Source of the DNA: Phoronis australis
Taxonomy: Eukaryota; Animalia; Phoronida
Assembly (NCBI GenBank): GCA_002633005.1
Contig: NMRA01000097.1
Coordinates: 260,686-324,685 of the forward strand
DNA: 64,000 nucleotides
Direction: 5' to 3'
Shown: piece after piece, positions 51,377 through 64,000 of the stretch
Numbering within the stretch: the stretch's first letter is position 1
Layout of the letters: each line of letters begins with the position of its first letter
Translations under genes and position numbers: made by a program
Notes under the pieces: model-generated
What the model was told of the DNA's origin: nothing
Databases searched by the model: none
What the model saw: only the letters and a program-made list of their open reading frames with translations

Positions 51377-52792
51377 AACAAAATGAAGTATGGTGAATTT
51401 ATAGAACGCTGTCAAGGTCTTGACCTTGTTTCCTTATTCTGAATGAATCGTAGCCTCTACTGTGTTTTTTCTCAAATGTCAAATTACCTCTGTACATACA
51501 CTGTACATGTATCACCACGTAAACCTCGCTCATTGACAACGGAAGGTCAGGGGTGAAACTAATTATTGTACTATTAGTTGGTAAAAGTACTTAGTAAATG
51601 CTGTCACTACTTTATGTCTTTCAAAAATATCTTTGGAAGGCAAGACAAAGAGGAAAGGCGCCCCTTTGTTCTAGTTTCATTGAAATTTTATGGACAAGTA
51701 ATTAATTGCTTGAATAAAATTGAAATGTGAATTATTCAGTAAATGTATTTGTCATTTAAATTGACTTCAACTAATGAACAGGCGATGTCCAGATGCCGAA
51801 GTTAGATTTAACTCAGCTGCATAACTGAAAAGCAAGGTAGTATGCGTTCAACTAGGCATGTCCTAGAGGCAAAGCAGTGGTTATTTAAATGAGTTGTCTT
51901 AAATCACTGGATAATGGGTGGATTCAAGCTGGGCGTATTTAAAGGAAACGACAAATTCATGTCATGTTCACAACAGTTGGATCATTCAAGTTAAGAATAT
52001 TACGAAAGTATTTTCAGCATCAAAATAGCTAGCACAGTTGCACAGTCTTTCCAATCAATATTCGGCATTTAAAGACAAAACTGTGACTAAACCACATTTT
52101 AACATTTTTAATTTACATGCGTATATACCACTGACTTCACTTTCCGGATTTTATTCTTTAAGTTTCTATGTTTTCCGCTCGAAATTATCGCTTATTGTTT
52201 CAAAATATTGCGCCGGAATTTTTTTCACAAAACATTAAAGTCCAAAATTTGGTCTTACCTGCCACTTTGCAATTTTTTTAATAAGGTTTTAGCAATATAA
52301 TATAGGCACCGTTTGGAAATAATTCGTGCATATTATTGCGATAACTAGCATTCAATGGATATATTCTCAGATAATTTGCATCTATGGTTAAATATATGGG
52401 AAGAGCATCAGCAAAGAATGTAAATTTAAATGTAAACCACGAATTTTCATAGATACAACACAAACGTTAAAACATTTGAAAAATTCATCAAGCATCATCA
52501 TTATTATGCTGACGCGGAAATAAATTATGATTCAGAAATAGTTGTGCAAACCGCACGTCTCCTGCACGTTTCCTGAAAGAGACCCCAGCGAATATTGGTG
52601 TCTTATTTGATTTTGCGAGTACAACAAAATTCATCTAGTTTTCCTTTGGTCATCGCTAAGAACGCTGGGGTAAGTTTGGTAGGCACATCAGGGACCACAT
52701 GTGTTGTCTAAAGAAACATATTTCAAAAAGATTAACACCACATAAATTTCAAGGAATTTAGTCAACTCATTTAAACAATCATGCTTTTCATT

Positions 52793-53628
52793 GGATTTTA
52801 CTGAAAAACCCTCGACCCTCACATCCCTTGACCCCTCGACTCAAGCCCCCTCGACCCACAAACCCGTCGACCCACGACCTGTGGCAATAGAGGAATGTTT
52901 GCGCTTTTTACATATTTCATAATCTTATTACGTTGCTGAGCGATTTTCGCATTAGACATACCTGCACGCGAGTCTGCTCTAGCTGAAGACTGATGATTGA
53001 AAACAAAAAGTGGCGTGAGAACGCCGGTGGTCTTGAATAGTACTTTGTGAGCGAGCTACCTTTGTCCCTGAAATAGTCTCACTAGCTTCTACCTACGGCA
53101 CAGTTCTAATAAATTTAGGGAGGGAGTACGTTAACGGGAATTTACATAACACCATATTTTTATTATTTTCTTTACATTTTATACTCGTTTAGAATAAACG
53201 CCATATAACGTATAACTGTATTTACTGGTGAAATTACAGTTTTGTCGATACCTCGCATTTTTCAATTCACTAAAGAGCAGACGAGACGGTTAGGCTACAC
53301 TCTGCCGGGAACTACATTTGTAAGATTGTCAGTTCTTAGATTTGATTTTGTCGCTTTTTTCTGTTTTTGGATTTCAAACTTGCCGAACGGACTGCTCTAA
53401 TTGCAAAAAACTGGGAAAACCCAGCCGAGCTCACGGCCCAACTCATTGGTCCTACAGTCAGCATGTGTTCTACATGTTTGTTAACATCAAGTCTAGTTTG
53501 TGTAGACGGGGTATACGGGTTGCTGGGTCGTGGGTCAAGGGGATCGAGGGTCGTGAGTCGTGGGTCGAGGGGGTTGTGGATCCAGGGGATCGAGGTTTTT
53601 GGGGGTCGAAGGGATTTCGGAACAAACC
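52793..53628. mobile_element. MULE-like MITE
   Basis: GG...CC termini with mirrored CCCTCGACCC / GGGTCGAGGG subterminal repeats; flanks CTTTTCATT / GTTTACATT (9-bp TSD, 7/9 match). Confidence 0.65.
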
Positions 53629-56596
53629 GTTTACATTTGTATATGGTATTTTCCTCGACTGCTGCTCATGGTGAATTGTGCCATGTGAATATTGCACGTT
53701 AAAATTATTCAAAGGAATTGATCCAGACAATTCCGTCATTACGAGTGGGAAGATCATGAGTTCATCGTTTGAATAGCGTTCTTTCACAACCGAGAATGAA
53801 GGTGGATTGACAGAATGGTTAAAATATGGACACGCTATTCTCTAATTAGAATTTTAACACTATAAATATCGTTACATGTCATTTTGGCTGCAAATATACC
53901 TTGTCGTAGTGACTGGAAACGCTATTTTTTCTGATTGTTGTTTTTCATGATTTGCTCCTGTACAAGTATACAGTGTGTGCAATCATATGATCAGCGACTC
54001 ACTCATTATCCTTTTGGCGAGAGTAGTTGAGGATACCCAAATTCAATTGCAAGGCTGTTATTCGTTGATTTCAACTTTGTTTGAGGGTAAAATTACATCA
54101 CATCCACTGCTTTTTGATCCTGTTTCGCGAACAAGGGACAAGTACCGTTGCTGTTAAAACATGATGATCTGAATATAAAAAGTAAATGCGATTGTTGCGG
54201 CATTATATTGAACTCTCCGACGGTAAAGATCGTGAACTTGTGTGTCCTCCGATCCTTTCCAAGTGAAACTGCAACTCGTTTATTTTTTACGCACAGCATC
54301 ACGTAAACAAAATTCTGTTGCGAAGGAAATTACAGGAAAGTTGGGTGATAGTTTTAAGAAAGACCAAAACTTTGGTTGCTGTAAATTTATCAAAAACGGG
54401 ACAGAAGTATCATTTTCATTGATCAGGGTGTAAGTTCTTACCACGATGCAGTAAAAATCCCTTCAACGTACACATGTAAGGGAGAATACTACATGTTACG
54501 GCGTTTTTTGTTTGCCGCAAGATATTTTAAATTATAAAAGGTATTTTGAGCTCTTTCAGTTGTTATATATCAAAACAAAGTAACTTGTTAAAAATAACAA
54601 TTTTTCAAATGGAAGCTGTGGCGCTTTGATCAACAACTCTCACAATGCACGAACTGTGGGTTTTCTTGGGTGAATAGCATTTGTATTAGTGTTATTACTT
54701 TGTTTTCAAATTATTCTCTTACGACATGCAGCGTGACGTCATACACACTTTTAGAGAGAAGCAGGACTTAGTAGATGCGTGAAACTGAACATACAGTGTA
54801 AGAACACAAATTTGACCCCAGACCTCGGAATACTTCATCGAAAGCATTTCAAAACGAAGTCAGTGTTCTGTTGAACCACGCGTATTTATTTTGTTGCTCG
54901 TTCCTCACCAATTACCGTCGAACGACTTCTGAACCAACTATTGTACTGTAACTTACTGTAGATTCCTAGAAAATGTCTAAATTTGTCTTACTTAGGAACA
55001 TCAAATTGACCTATTACTTGATAACTGTCACTGCAAATCCATGGTTACGTGAAGCAAAAACAACATTTTATGTTCGAAACTTCTAACGGTTTTGTTCAGA
55101 ATTAATCTTGAAATTCTAGAATATCCTATTTTATGGGTGGTTTTGTTTTACTATGACTGAACGTTTCTTTTTGTTAGGTTTTACAAATGATATGGGCAAG
55201 TAAAACAATTGATCACAGATTTTAATCACGTAAAAGCTCAAACTTTGCAGTCTTCCTGAAAATGTAATACTTTTATAAACTAGACCTCTGTGCGGGTGCT
55301 GTAGAGTGTCATTCTGATCCACAAGTGCGGTGATATTGTTTAGCTGTGAACCTATTTCCGGGAAAGTGAGACAACTAAGTTTAAAAAGACTAGACCTTTC
55401 CAAACAAACTTTCACTTTTTTCCAAGAAATGACTTGTGAGTATTCCGGTATTTTATAATGCTTTTTTAAAAAAATATTTAAAACAAAATGAGGGCCTCAT
55501 TTTTGAGTTGAAAGTCGCTCCGTTCGCGCTTATCTCGCGGCAAGTTCCGGGCAAAGTCTTGCTGAGATTCAGTTATCACGCTCGATTCACGCCTCTTTCT
55601 CCGGTCTGTCTCCGTTACGGTCACGCCTAGCCAGACCGGAGGCTGCCCGGATGAAGTCTAATAATTCAGTGGCCGTACTGTAGAAAAAAGCAATTGCTAC
55701 GGTTAGACATTCTAATTAATTTCATGCAAAATGAAGTTACTTGATCTAGACTTCACAAGTGAAATGATTCGAAAGTGAGTAGAAGATGGTCTTGTTATGA
55801 TTTTCTCAAAGAACAATACTGTGTCGTGTAGTGTTGCCGGAAGGATAGTTCGTTATTGCTGGTAATCAGGCTCAAAAAGATGCAATTGGGTGTCAAAACG
55901 GGCCAAGTTTTGCGCCGTGCATGGCCTAAATTGTTAATGAAATTTTACTGCTTTTCAAACTCAGAAACCTATGCCCCGTTTTATGAGTTCCTCGTTGACA
56001 GATGATATTTCCTAACGATATACTTAAAAACATTTTCAATGAGAATGAAATTGGGACATATATTCAGTCCTTCATTTAGCAGTGCTTCGCGAAAAGACCA
56101 TTGCTTATTTTCAACAGGAGAATACAACGTATAGTTCACTCTCCATTGTTATTAAAGCAAAGTACTCGCTACTAAAAATAAAATATCTCCTGCAAAGGCA
56201 ACCTTTGTTTTCACAGATCAAAAAATGCGTAGAAGATTTAGGCAAGTTAGTTTAGGCTATTTCAATTAGCTGGGCATACAACTTACAAGAGTAAAACCCT
56301 TTCTACGCATTCCGATCACTCATAACGCTACATAATGAAGCGAATTTGTATGCAGAAATCACAGTGCACAAAAATCGCTCGTACTTCGTATACTGAGTCG
56401 AACCAGTTCGGAGCAAATCGGAATTGCATGTAAACACAGGCTTAGTCCTACACTACCATTGTACAATGTATACGCAATCGTAAACAAAAATCGGTATTGT
56501 AAGCAGGGTTTGACGTGTCACAAACTGTCGCAGTGCTCAAATAACGACAGTCTGTTCAACACGGCAACCCACATGCTCCCACCATCTAGTTATTAC

Positions 56597-56965
56597 CTGA
56601 TTTGACTTGATGTTGTAAATTCGTATCATGCTCCTAAGATTTTCTCCCTCTTTTTCTTCGTTTCCATGCGACTCCATATCGTGATAACGTTCCTGGGAGA
56701 AGTAACAGACTCCTGTATCGTCTTCGTAATAAGCCGAGGTGCAAGCTGCATTTCTCCTGTAGTAGTGGGCGCACTCTATTTCACTTCTTGTACCACTGTG
56801 TTTCGCGAAGTAGGACCGTGAAAACAACTCAGTTGTACTTGTAACAGAACACGTGAATCCCACCGAAATGGAGGTGCACGTTTGGATTTTTTCTGAAAAT
56901 AGTGTGTCTGACTGACAAAACTTAACCAGGCTTAAAAAAAACGCTGTCCAAACGGACAAATACAT
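56597..56965 (-). CDS. Putative first coding exon: signal peptide + PAN/apple-like domain; possibly the 5' exon of the CTHRC1-domain gene
   Basis: ATG at 56965 gives a hydrophobic leader MYLSVWTAFFLSLVKFCQS, then RSEIECAHYYRRNAACTSAYYEDDTGVCYFS (PAN-like Cys spacing, one expected Cys is Tyr). Donor CAG|GTAATA is phase 0, but the next identified exon starts in phase 1, so the link is unproven. Confidence 0.55.
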
Positions 56966-57155
56966 GCCACGTTTCTTTATCATCAGTGACACTGGCCAAC
57001 TGATCACCAAGGACAGCTTCCCGGAAGTCGATCGATCTCAATCTTGTTTCAATATTAATGGGAAATTAAACAAATACAATTCACACTGCGCTGTTTTCTT
57101 AAAGTAGTAGAATCCGGTTAACGGAAAACAGGTGGCGGTAACGGGCGATTCTATA

Positions 57156-57550
57156 GGGCCTTTCATACTAACGTCGACGCGTCGATGGTTTGGGGAGTTG
57201 CGGTCAGTATGAACGCTTAAATCCGGTTCTGCATCGCAGTTAACAGCTCCAGTTAACATCGCAGTTAACGTCGACGCTGCGGTGCAGTATGAATACTTAA
57301 CTCCGGCCCAGCCAAAGTTATCGCCAGGTGCCACTCAGTGGTTATCGTCAACAATTACAGAGTAGTGCCGTTGCTAATAAACACTTATTTTTTGCTCCAA
57401 TGATAACCAATTGATTTAGAAATGAGTTTAATGCCATTTAGCACATTTAAATGTTCCAAAATTGTCACATTGAAAATAATCTTAGCGTGCAGCGCTACCT
57501 TGCGATAACTTGCTCCACTCAGACCGGAGTTAAGTCAATATGAAAGGGCC
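57156..57550. mobile_element. PIF/Harbinger-like MITE (uninterrupted copy)
   Basis: GGGCCTTTCATA...TATGAAAGGGCC with flanks ATA/TTA; homologous to 3933-4270 and 41956-42450. Confidence 0.7.
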
Positions 57551-59329
57551 TTATAATACGCGGGTGAATTTGAGCAGCCGCCTTCGATACAGTACCGGCA
57601 TTGGTCAGTTAGATAACGACGTAATCATGTGCACACGAAAAGTTTAAAATCCTTATATCAAAGGAAATTCTAGTTCAAAATCTTTAAAATAAAGTTATTA
57701 AGTAATATGTAACACGTCATAATGTCCACATCCTTTCTGGTATCAAACTAAAAGCCTTTTTAGCACAAGTTTGATACCTCGGCCGAGAAAGGAAAAACAT
57801 CGAGTACTCCCGTCTAATTCTGTGACCTGAGTTCCTGTGTGTCAGTTCATCCACAAACGGTGATGTTTCGACAAATAAACGCAAGTTTTATCTCAAAACA
57901 GTGAATTCCAAATCTGTGCCTGATTTTCTTGCCAGGACACTGTGACCGGTGTAGTACCGGTAATTCGCCGGCCTGCATCGCCGTGACACTTCGACGCTGG
58001 GATAATAATCACTTGCTAAATTGGCTTTGATTTTCAATTATCAGGGAAAATATATTTTCAAGGCTCACAAAAACAAACTTGCAAAATATACCTCTGTTGT
58101 GTTTATAGAAAAATTCCGCGCCACAAACCGGGGCGGGGGGAGTGTGGTGAATTTTATTCAATGAGATGAATGTCGGCGTCTGGAAAATATTGCAGTGTTA
58201 GGAGCATGACGCAGCATTTTTCTAACATGGAATTTCACTCATTCAGTGCCGGGCACTGAGCTAATTAATGTTTGTTTATATCGTATCGCGAAGCGCAGAT
58301 GTCCGCGCACGGCAGCTCTGGCGGTCGGTCTCCGCCGGCTAGCACCGGCTTATACGAATGTTTCTGGCTAAGTGCGAATTATTCCTTTTACTTTAAACTC
58401 ATTAATACTTATATTATACCTTTTGGCACCATTGCAAGTTTTTTACCTGAAGTTATTTCGCCACCAGCCAGCCGCCCGGCGTAGCGAAGTCGCGTCTATG
58501 TTTTTTTTTCCATAGTTTTGCAAGTATACATATAACTGTCAGGATTCTACCTGTATAGTAATTTTATTCAATAATTTGATGTTGCATGTTCCTGATTCTG
58601 TTTAAACTGTTTGTTTACCAGAGTTAATTAAACCCAGTAAAACACGCGCATAGCCTAGAACGCCACTAGTCGGCCCCGCCGTTGTTATTAAATCGTTGAC
58701 GCAAGACTGTTACTTGTCCGTAATTTTATACAAGAGTTAGAAACCATCGTTGTACATGTACATGTATGTATGCAGCATACAAGATTTGAACCATTTATTT
58801 CGACAAAACAGCCGGAGGGCGGCATGCTCTCGTCTTTTGTCAGCGCGAGTAGTCTCGATAGCTGTCCACCGGGTCATCCGATTCAGGTCCGAGCCCGAAA
58901 AAATAACTTTTTGTCAAAATTTATTTTGCCACATTTTGTCAGCATTTTCAGTACAGATTGCCCCTATTTTGGTTTTATTTAAGTTGAGGTTCGCTGTCAA
59001 TTATTTATCCCCTTTTGCAGGCTGGTAACAAACACTGCCCCAGTCGCACAGACGGCGTATACTAAGTTTTTGTTCTTGATTTAATTGTACTTCCGGTTTC
59101 GCGGTTAGTTCAAAATGGCGGTGTAATCTTTGTGTCAGAATCGTGAGTCACGCGTTTATTTAAACTTTCTTCGACTACAGATTGCGTATTGGTTATGGGA
59201 TAAGTACTGCGTGGTTCCTTATAATGTCAATAACTATTTAACAAGGGCTAGAAACGCTATAGAGTTACATGTATAAAGTTTATCGATACAGTTACCATCA
59301 ACATTGTCGGCCCACATTCTGAGAGACCC

Positions 59330-59508
59330 AATTGATTAACCTATCAGAGGCTCCTTGAAAAATTCGACAAACAAACCACAAGTTTTACTCGGCAACGTGT
59401 TTTTTGTCGCGTAAAATGTCCACTTGAAAACTATGGTGTGTCAAAAGATTGCTGCGTTCTGATTGGCCAGTTAAGCCGTCTCTCAAAATAACGGCGATAG
59501 ATCAATTA
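59330..59508. repeat. Dispersed short repeat (second copy at ~945-1083)
   Basis: Both share TTTTACTCG...GTAAAATG...GCTGCGTTCTGATTGG...TTAAGCCGTC...GGCGATAG(G/A)TCAATTA. Confidence 0.6.
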
Positions 59509-60644
59509 TTAGAAAGCACAACTTGAAAAGTCATAGTAGCACTTTAAATGGTTATGGGCATGGTTAACGATGATAATGGCTTTGCCTGACGGCAGCCTCG
59601 TGAGCGGATACATTTGATTTCCTAAAACTGCTTTAGTCCCTTCAAGCACCGACTTACCTCTGGAGAGGGTAACCTTTAGAACTGTAAATTTGGTTGAGAA
59701 AAAAGAAAAAAAAATGCAGTAAGAAAGAGACAATATGATAAACAAAGTCTTTTAAAAAGAGTTCCGATATTTAAAATGTTTACAAAAGTGGTTTCATGTG
59801 AACTTTCATTCCGCCTGTGATAGATTTGCCCTCCCATAATTGCTTGGTGTCCTCGTCCTATGTTGTTTTCATTTCTACATACATGTATCAATGAACATTT
59901 CTCGCTTGGTGCTCTGTAAAAATAAAAGTTTTATAGCAGAGTATGAGCGTCACACAAGCTCGCGGTTCATTACAGTGGTGGCGTTTTAACTAGTTTAATA
60001 TCACCAGTTGTGAAATAAAACACTGTGAAACAACCCTGCCAGTCTGTCCGTTGTCAAATTAAAACACCTGAAACATGACCTGATTGATAGATTAGCTGAT
60101 CTGGAGTTAAAGACATTTATTGGTAGATACACACTACGCAAAATCTGGACGACCAATCGAGTCATGCTCCATAGTGTTTTTGATTAAAAGATCGTCAGAT
60201 ATTGCTGCTTGGTTAAAGAGGAATGGAACGCAAAAGCTCATCATGAATATCTTTTAAACAACTTCTGACGAAAGTACCATCTCACACAGTCTGGTACAGA
60301 GTAATTCGCTTTTCCACGTGAAGAGATTTCCGGTTCCTGCGCTCACAGTCAATTGCTTGAATTCGCTTATTAAGGTAAAAGATCAAACTTTTCATCTACA
60401 GTAATTGTACTACGTCTCCGCCTTGCCCTACCAAATAGAGACGTTGGACAAAATCGACGAAGTGGTGAGCAGTTGACATTTGAAACTAAAGGAAAACGCT
60501 TTGATGATTAGAGACATTAAAAATGTTTACGAAAGAACCTTAAAATACCTGGTGAGCAGGTTGAATTATGATGCAGTGGCAGAGAACCAGTTTTAATACT
60601 GATTTTTTTTTAATCTGTTTATCGCGTTCCAGGCCTCTTTAAAG

Positions 60645-61743
60645 TTAAAAGCAGGAATGGCGAGGCGTTGTGTTTGTGGTTGTTGAAGTTGATCTTGCTG
60701 TGGCTCCTTTCGCTTTATCACGGAACCTAGAACAAGTTTGTACGTCCAGAAACTCGGGTGTTGGTTAACACGGAAGCTGGATACATTTGTACGCCACTCT
60801 TACGACAGTGGGGTTAAATCATTTTGAATTCAGGTTCATTTTCTTCAATTTCCCCGTGTTTAAGATTTTTATTTAACGATTGTGATATGCAATTTCACAA
60901 CAGAACTATTAACGATACTGGCGAAGTAGCCAGGTGTGTAAATAAGGTAAATGGTGGTGAAGTCAAATGCCGCAATTCTCAGAATAGTTTTTATCAATTT
61001 CATTCAGTTCACCTTGTCTTTGAAGATATTCACGGATTTCCGTCAAATATCCATCAGTGACAGGATTATAACTGTTGCTGTTATTGATTTTAACCACGAT
61101 GTATTCTGACACGTTAAAGATAATGTAAATTAAAAAGGCATTGACCTTTGGTTGATGTACGTACACTCATCGAGATTATTTGCATGCATGAGGTCATGAA
61201 AAATTTAAAGGCTCATCACAAACCAACATAAAGTAACGATATTGTCCTGGTTGCTGTCGTCATTGAATTAATACATGAAACAGTGTTATTGTTTACATAG
61301 CAGCATGAATGTTAGCAATCAATTTGTCATGCAGGGCCTTATAAACAGCTCTGTGTGATATATCAAACATCAAGAAAATTATACTCGGTAAAAATATATC
61401 TTTAATTTGATTGCTTTCAGTCTGTCATCAGTTGGCAAAGGAGACCATACATGTATCTTTTTGGCTAAAATGTAGCAAAATGAAAGGAAAATTAATATTA
61501 AGAAAACGGTATCGATAACTTGAACAAATTTCATTTGATACAAAACTCTGAAACTAGATCGCTAAAACGATGTAACAGTTAAGCTTAAGTACATTATTTT
61601 GTTTTCGGTTCATAGAACTCTTGTACATGAATTTTCTTGTACATGTCCTATTTTTATACCACACGCGTTGAGTTTGTCCAGGCAACTAAGCCCAAGTAAT
61701 AATGTTTTCCGTACTCACCTCCCCACTACTTCAACAGTGACCT
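60645..61743 (-). CDS. Possible last two exons (61719-61743 and 60645-60726) of an unidentified upstream gene
   Basis: A 25-nt exon (TACCAG| ... |GTGAGT) has one open frame. It joins in phase 2 to TTCTAG|GTTC..., giving VTVEVVGRFRDKAKGATARSTSTTTNTTPRHSCF*. AATAAA lies on the minus strand near 60116-60121. No homology recognised. Confidence 0.3.
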
Positions 61744-62755
61744 CTGGTATGGAAAGTTCAAAGCTAAGGCAATGTTGACTCGACATCGTTAGCAGGTTAG
61801 ATCATCAAACTTTCGGAAAATAGTTTAATACAATTGTAGCTGGGTTAATACCACCCAAAATGCAATCGGGTCTCAATTGTAACATCTGGAAAAGGTAACC
61901 CCTTAAAACTGGCTGCAAATATCCAACCTAACCCCTTGTATCATGACCTCATCGTAATTCTTTATGTAACTCGGGGAAATTTAAAGACTACATCAACGCT
62001 GTCGTGCACATCAGCCCAAAACAGAGAAGAGAACTGACAAATTCTCCTCTTCCTTTGCACCAGCAAAAATTTGTTCTGTTTGCTGGTATCAAAATTCTAA
62101 AACTCTTTTATGTACTGAAATCAACTCCGATAATTTGTTGTGAAGTGTACGCAACCTGGTGAAAGAAAAACATTTGATTAAAGAATCGACGAAAAAGAAA
62201 CTGGTTAATAGGTGACGCAATATTTCACGGTGCCGAAAGCAGACGCAACTATCGTACCACAATTTTAGCAGCAGATTAACAGTAGATTACTAATTTCTCC
62301 AACACATTTAAGGATTTAGTTTACTCAAGGAAAAGTGTAGTTTTTTAGTGACACTAATTTTGTGTCAGATTTTATCTGGTCAGTTCCGTACCCACATCAG
62401 CGCAAAACAGTATGTTTAGTATGCAGATTTGCTCTAAGTCACAGTGGCATGAAGCTGTATTCTGAAAAATGTTTTCATGCAGCTAGCTGGCTAGCTACTC
62501 CACTGCATAAAGTTAAACCAATATCTTAGATCTAAATGCAGAATCAGCTATCATTATCGGCATAAATTAAGACAATCATTTAACCTAACATTGGTCAAAT
62601 CAATTAACCTCTTTCGCCAGGAATTTCCGACGGTAACAAATACTGCAAACACTTCCTATGTATCAGAATTGAGCAAAACAGACTCACCTATCAACATAAT
62701 TGATGTAAGATATGTTTACGTTTGGCCTACCATTGATTGAATGAACGCTCAATAA

Positions 62756-64000
62756 CCCTTACAAAAGTGAACTTAAGTTTTTCGCTGGAAACTTAAGTTT
62801 TTGGCTATTTTGACTGATTTGCTCAGGTTTGTCAGGATGGTCTAGGTTATTGAATGCGAAAGGACATTCCGAATCAGATCCCATTACTAGTACCCTATCT
62901 GGAATACCCCCCCCCCCNNNNNNCCCCCGGCATAGGTCACAATGTATCCAAGTGAACTCTCACCAGTCAAGATGTTAACTATTGTTTTGCACAGTGAAAC
63001 TTGCATAATTCCTATCTAATTGCACCAAATAATTCAATGCAAACAAGAAAAATCTGTATGATTTGTGGTGGGGCGGTCATGTCTTAGGTGCACCAGTCCC
63101 ATTTTCTGGTGCGGCGGTCCCATTTGATCCCCGGAGGTCCTGTTTAGAGGACTAGCGGTCATGTTGTTTCTCACCTGTGAAAACCCTACTCTGCCCAACT
63201 CAAAATCCTACATCCGCCCGACCGCCCCTGATCTTTACATGGATAACATTCCCTGTAAATGGGTTATGTCTGCATTCTTAAGAAGCTATCACATACTGTT
63301 ATGTTTGCTAATATCTCATTGTTTTCAGGTCTCCATTAACTTGGCGGAGTACTTGGCAGAACTGGACATCCAAACATTTGCATCGAAACACTCACCCAGG
63401 GGTGGTATTGGGCTGTTAACACCCACGTGGCAGGTAGAGCTTCATATGTTTCATTGTTGAGTTAAAAATAGTGCCGCTATCAGGGTTTGAATTTGAAACA
63501 ATATGAAATATGTCCTTGGTTTAGCCAATGGGCTTATAATCTTTAATAAGCTCACTGATTCTTGTAGCCATTTGGTCAAGTCAATGTAAAGCTTCTTGGT
63601 TTTGCTATAAGTTTCAAAAAGTACACGCGCAAGTATACATGTGAGATTAAACTTTCAGTTCTAACCCTGGTTGTGCCGGCTAAATGTCCATGAATCATCA
63701 GTAAGAAGTTCTATGCTGGCTGGAGACTTCTAGTTAGAATACAACTAGCTTTGCTCATTATGTAGAGTTGTGCATTTTCTTATCAGATTAACGAATTAAA
63801 CAATGAAAAGTTCATAAAATAATGGGAATTTAAGTTTATTGCAGTTGCCAACAGTTTCATCATTTGATAAAAATATTAATTAATTTGTCATAGAACTTGA
63901 ACTAAAAAGTTACAGAACACGATTCCTGGTTAGCCTGAAGTCCAACTTTTATTAACACATTAAGTTTTGTCATATGCACGGTTTGATCTCCATTGTGATA
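62756..64000. mobile_element. Internally deleted copy of the same EnSpm/CMC-like element, running off the window
   Basis: CCCTTACAAAAGTGAACTTAAG is joined directly to sequence homologous to 39730-39960 and to 5270-7330 (reverse complement). Confidence 0.7.

Noticed and set aside
51079-51381. YI-repeat ORFs
   Set aside because: They are translations of the (TA)n microsatellite.
54957-54965. 9-nt microexon linking the PAN-like exon to domain 1
   Set aside because: TTCTAG|GAATCTACA|GTAAGT looks spliceable but is phase-neutral, so it would not fix the 0-to-1 phase mismatch, and it could easily be chance.

Overview
This is eukaryotic (metazoan, probably marine invertebrate) genomic DNA, not prokaryotic. 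It is AT-rich, has GT-AG introns and several N-joined contigs, and is dominated by decayed transposons; most ORFs in the supplied track are spurious. The main host feature is a minus-strand spliced gene spanning about 13.3-47.9 kb, possibly starting at 57 kb. Ten phase-compatible exons encode three tandem CTHRC1 C-terminal-like domains with a fibronectin type II module between domains 1 and 2, and no collagen Gly-X-Y segment was seen. A signal-peptide + PAN/apple-like exon lies upstream. Domain 2 has an in-frame TGA exactly at a conserved Cys. The mobile elements are a Gmr1-type Gypsy remnant (INT before RT), three L1/Tx1-like LINE remnants, a solo LTR, an Academ with TIRs and TSD, a P-like element with a 7-bp TSD, a Kolobok-like THAP element, an EnSpm/CMC-like element, several MITEs, and a Penelope 3' end carrying a minimal type I hammerhead ribozyme. 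All calls come from manual reading; no database searches were run.
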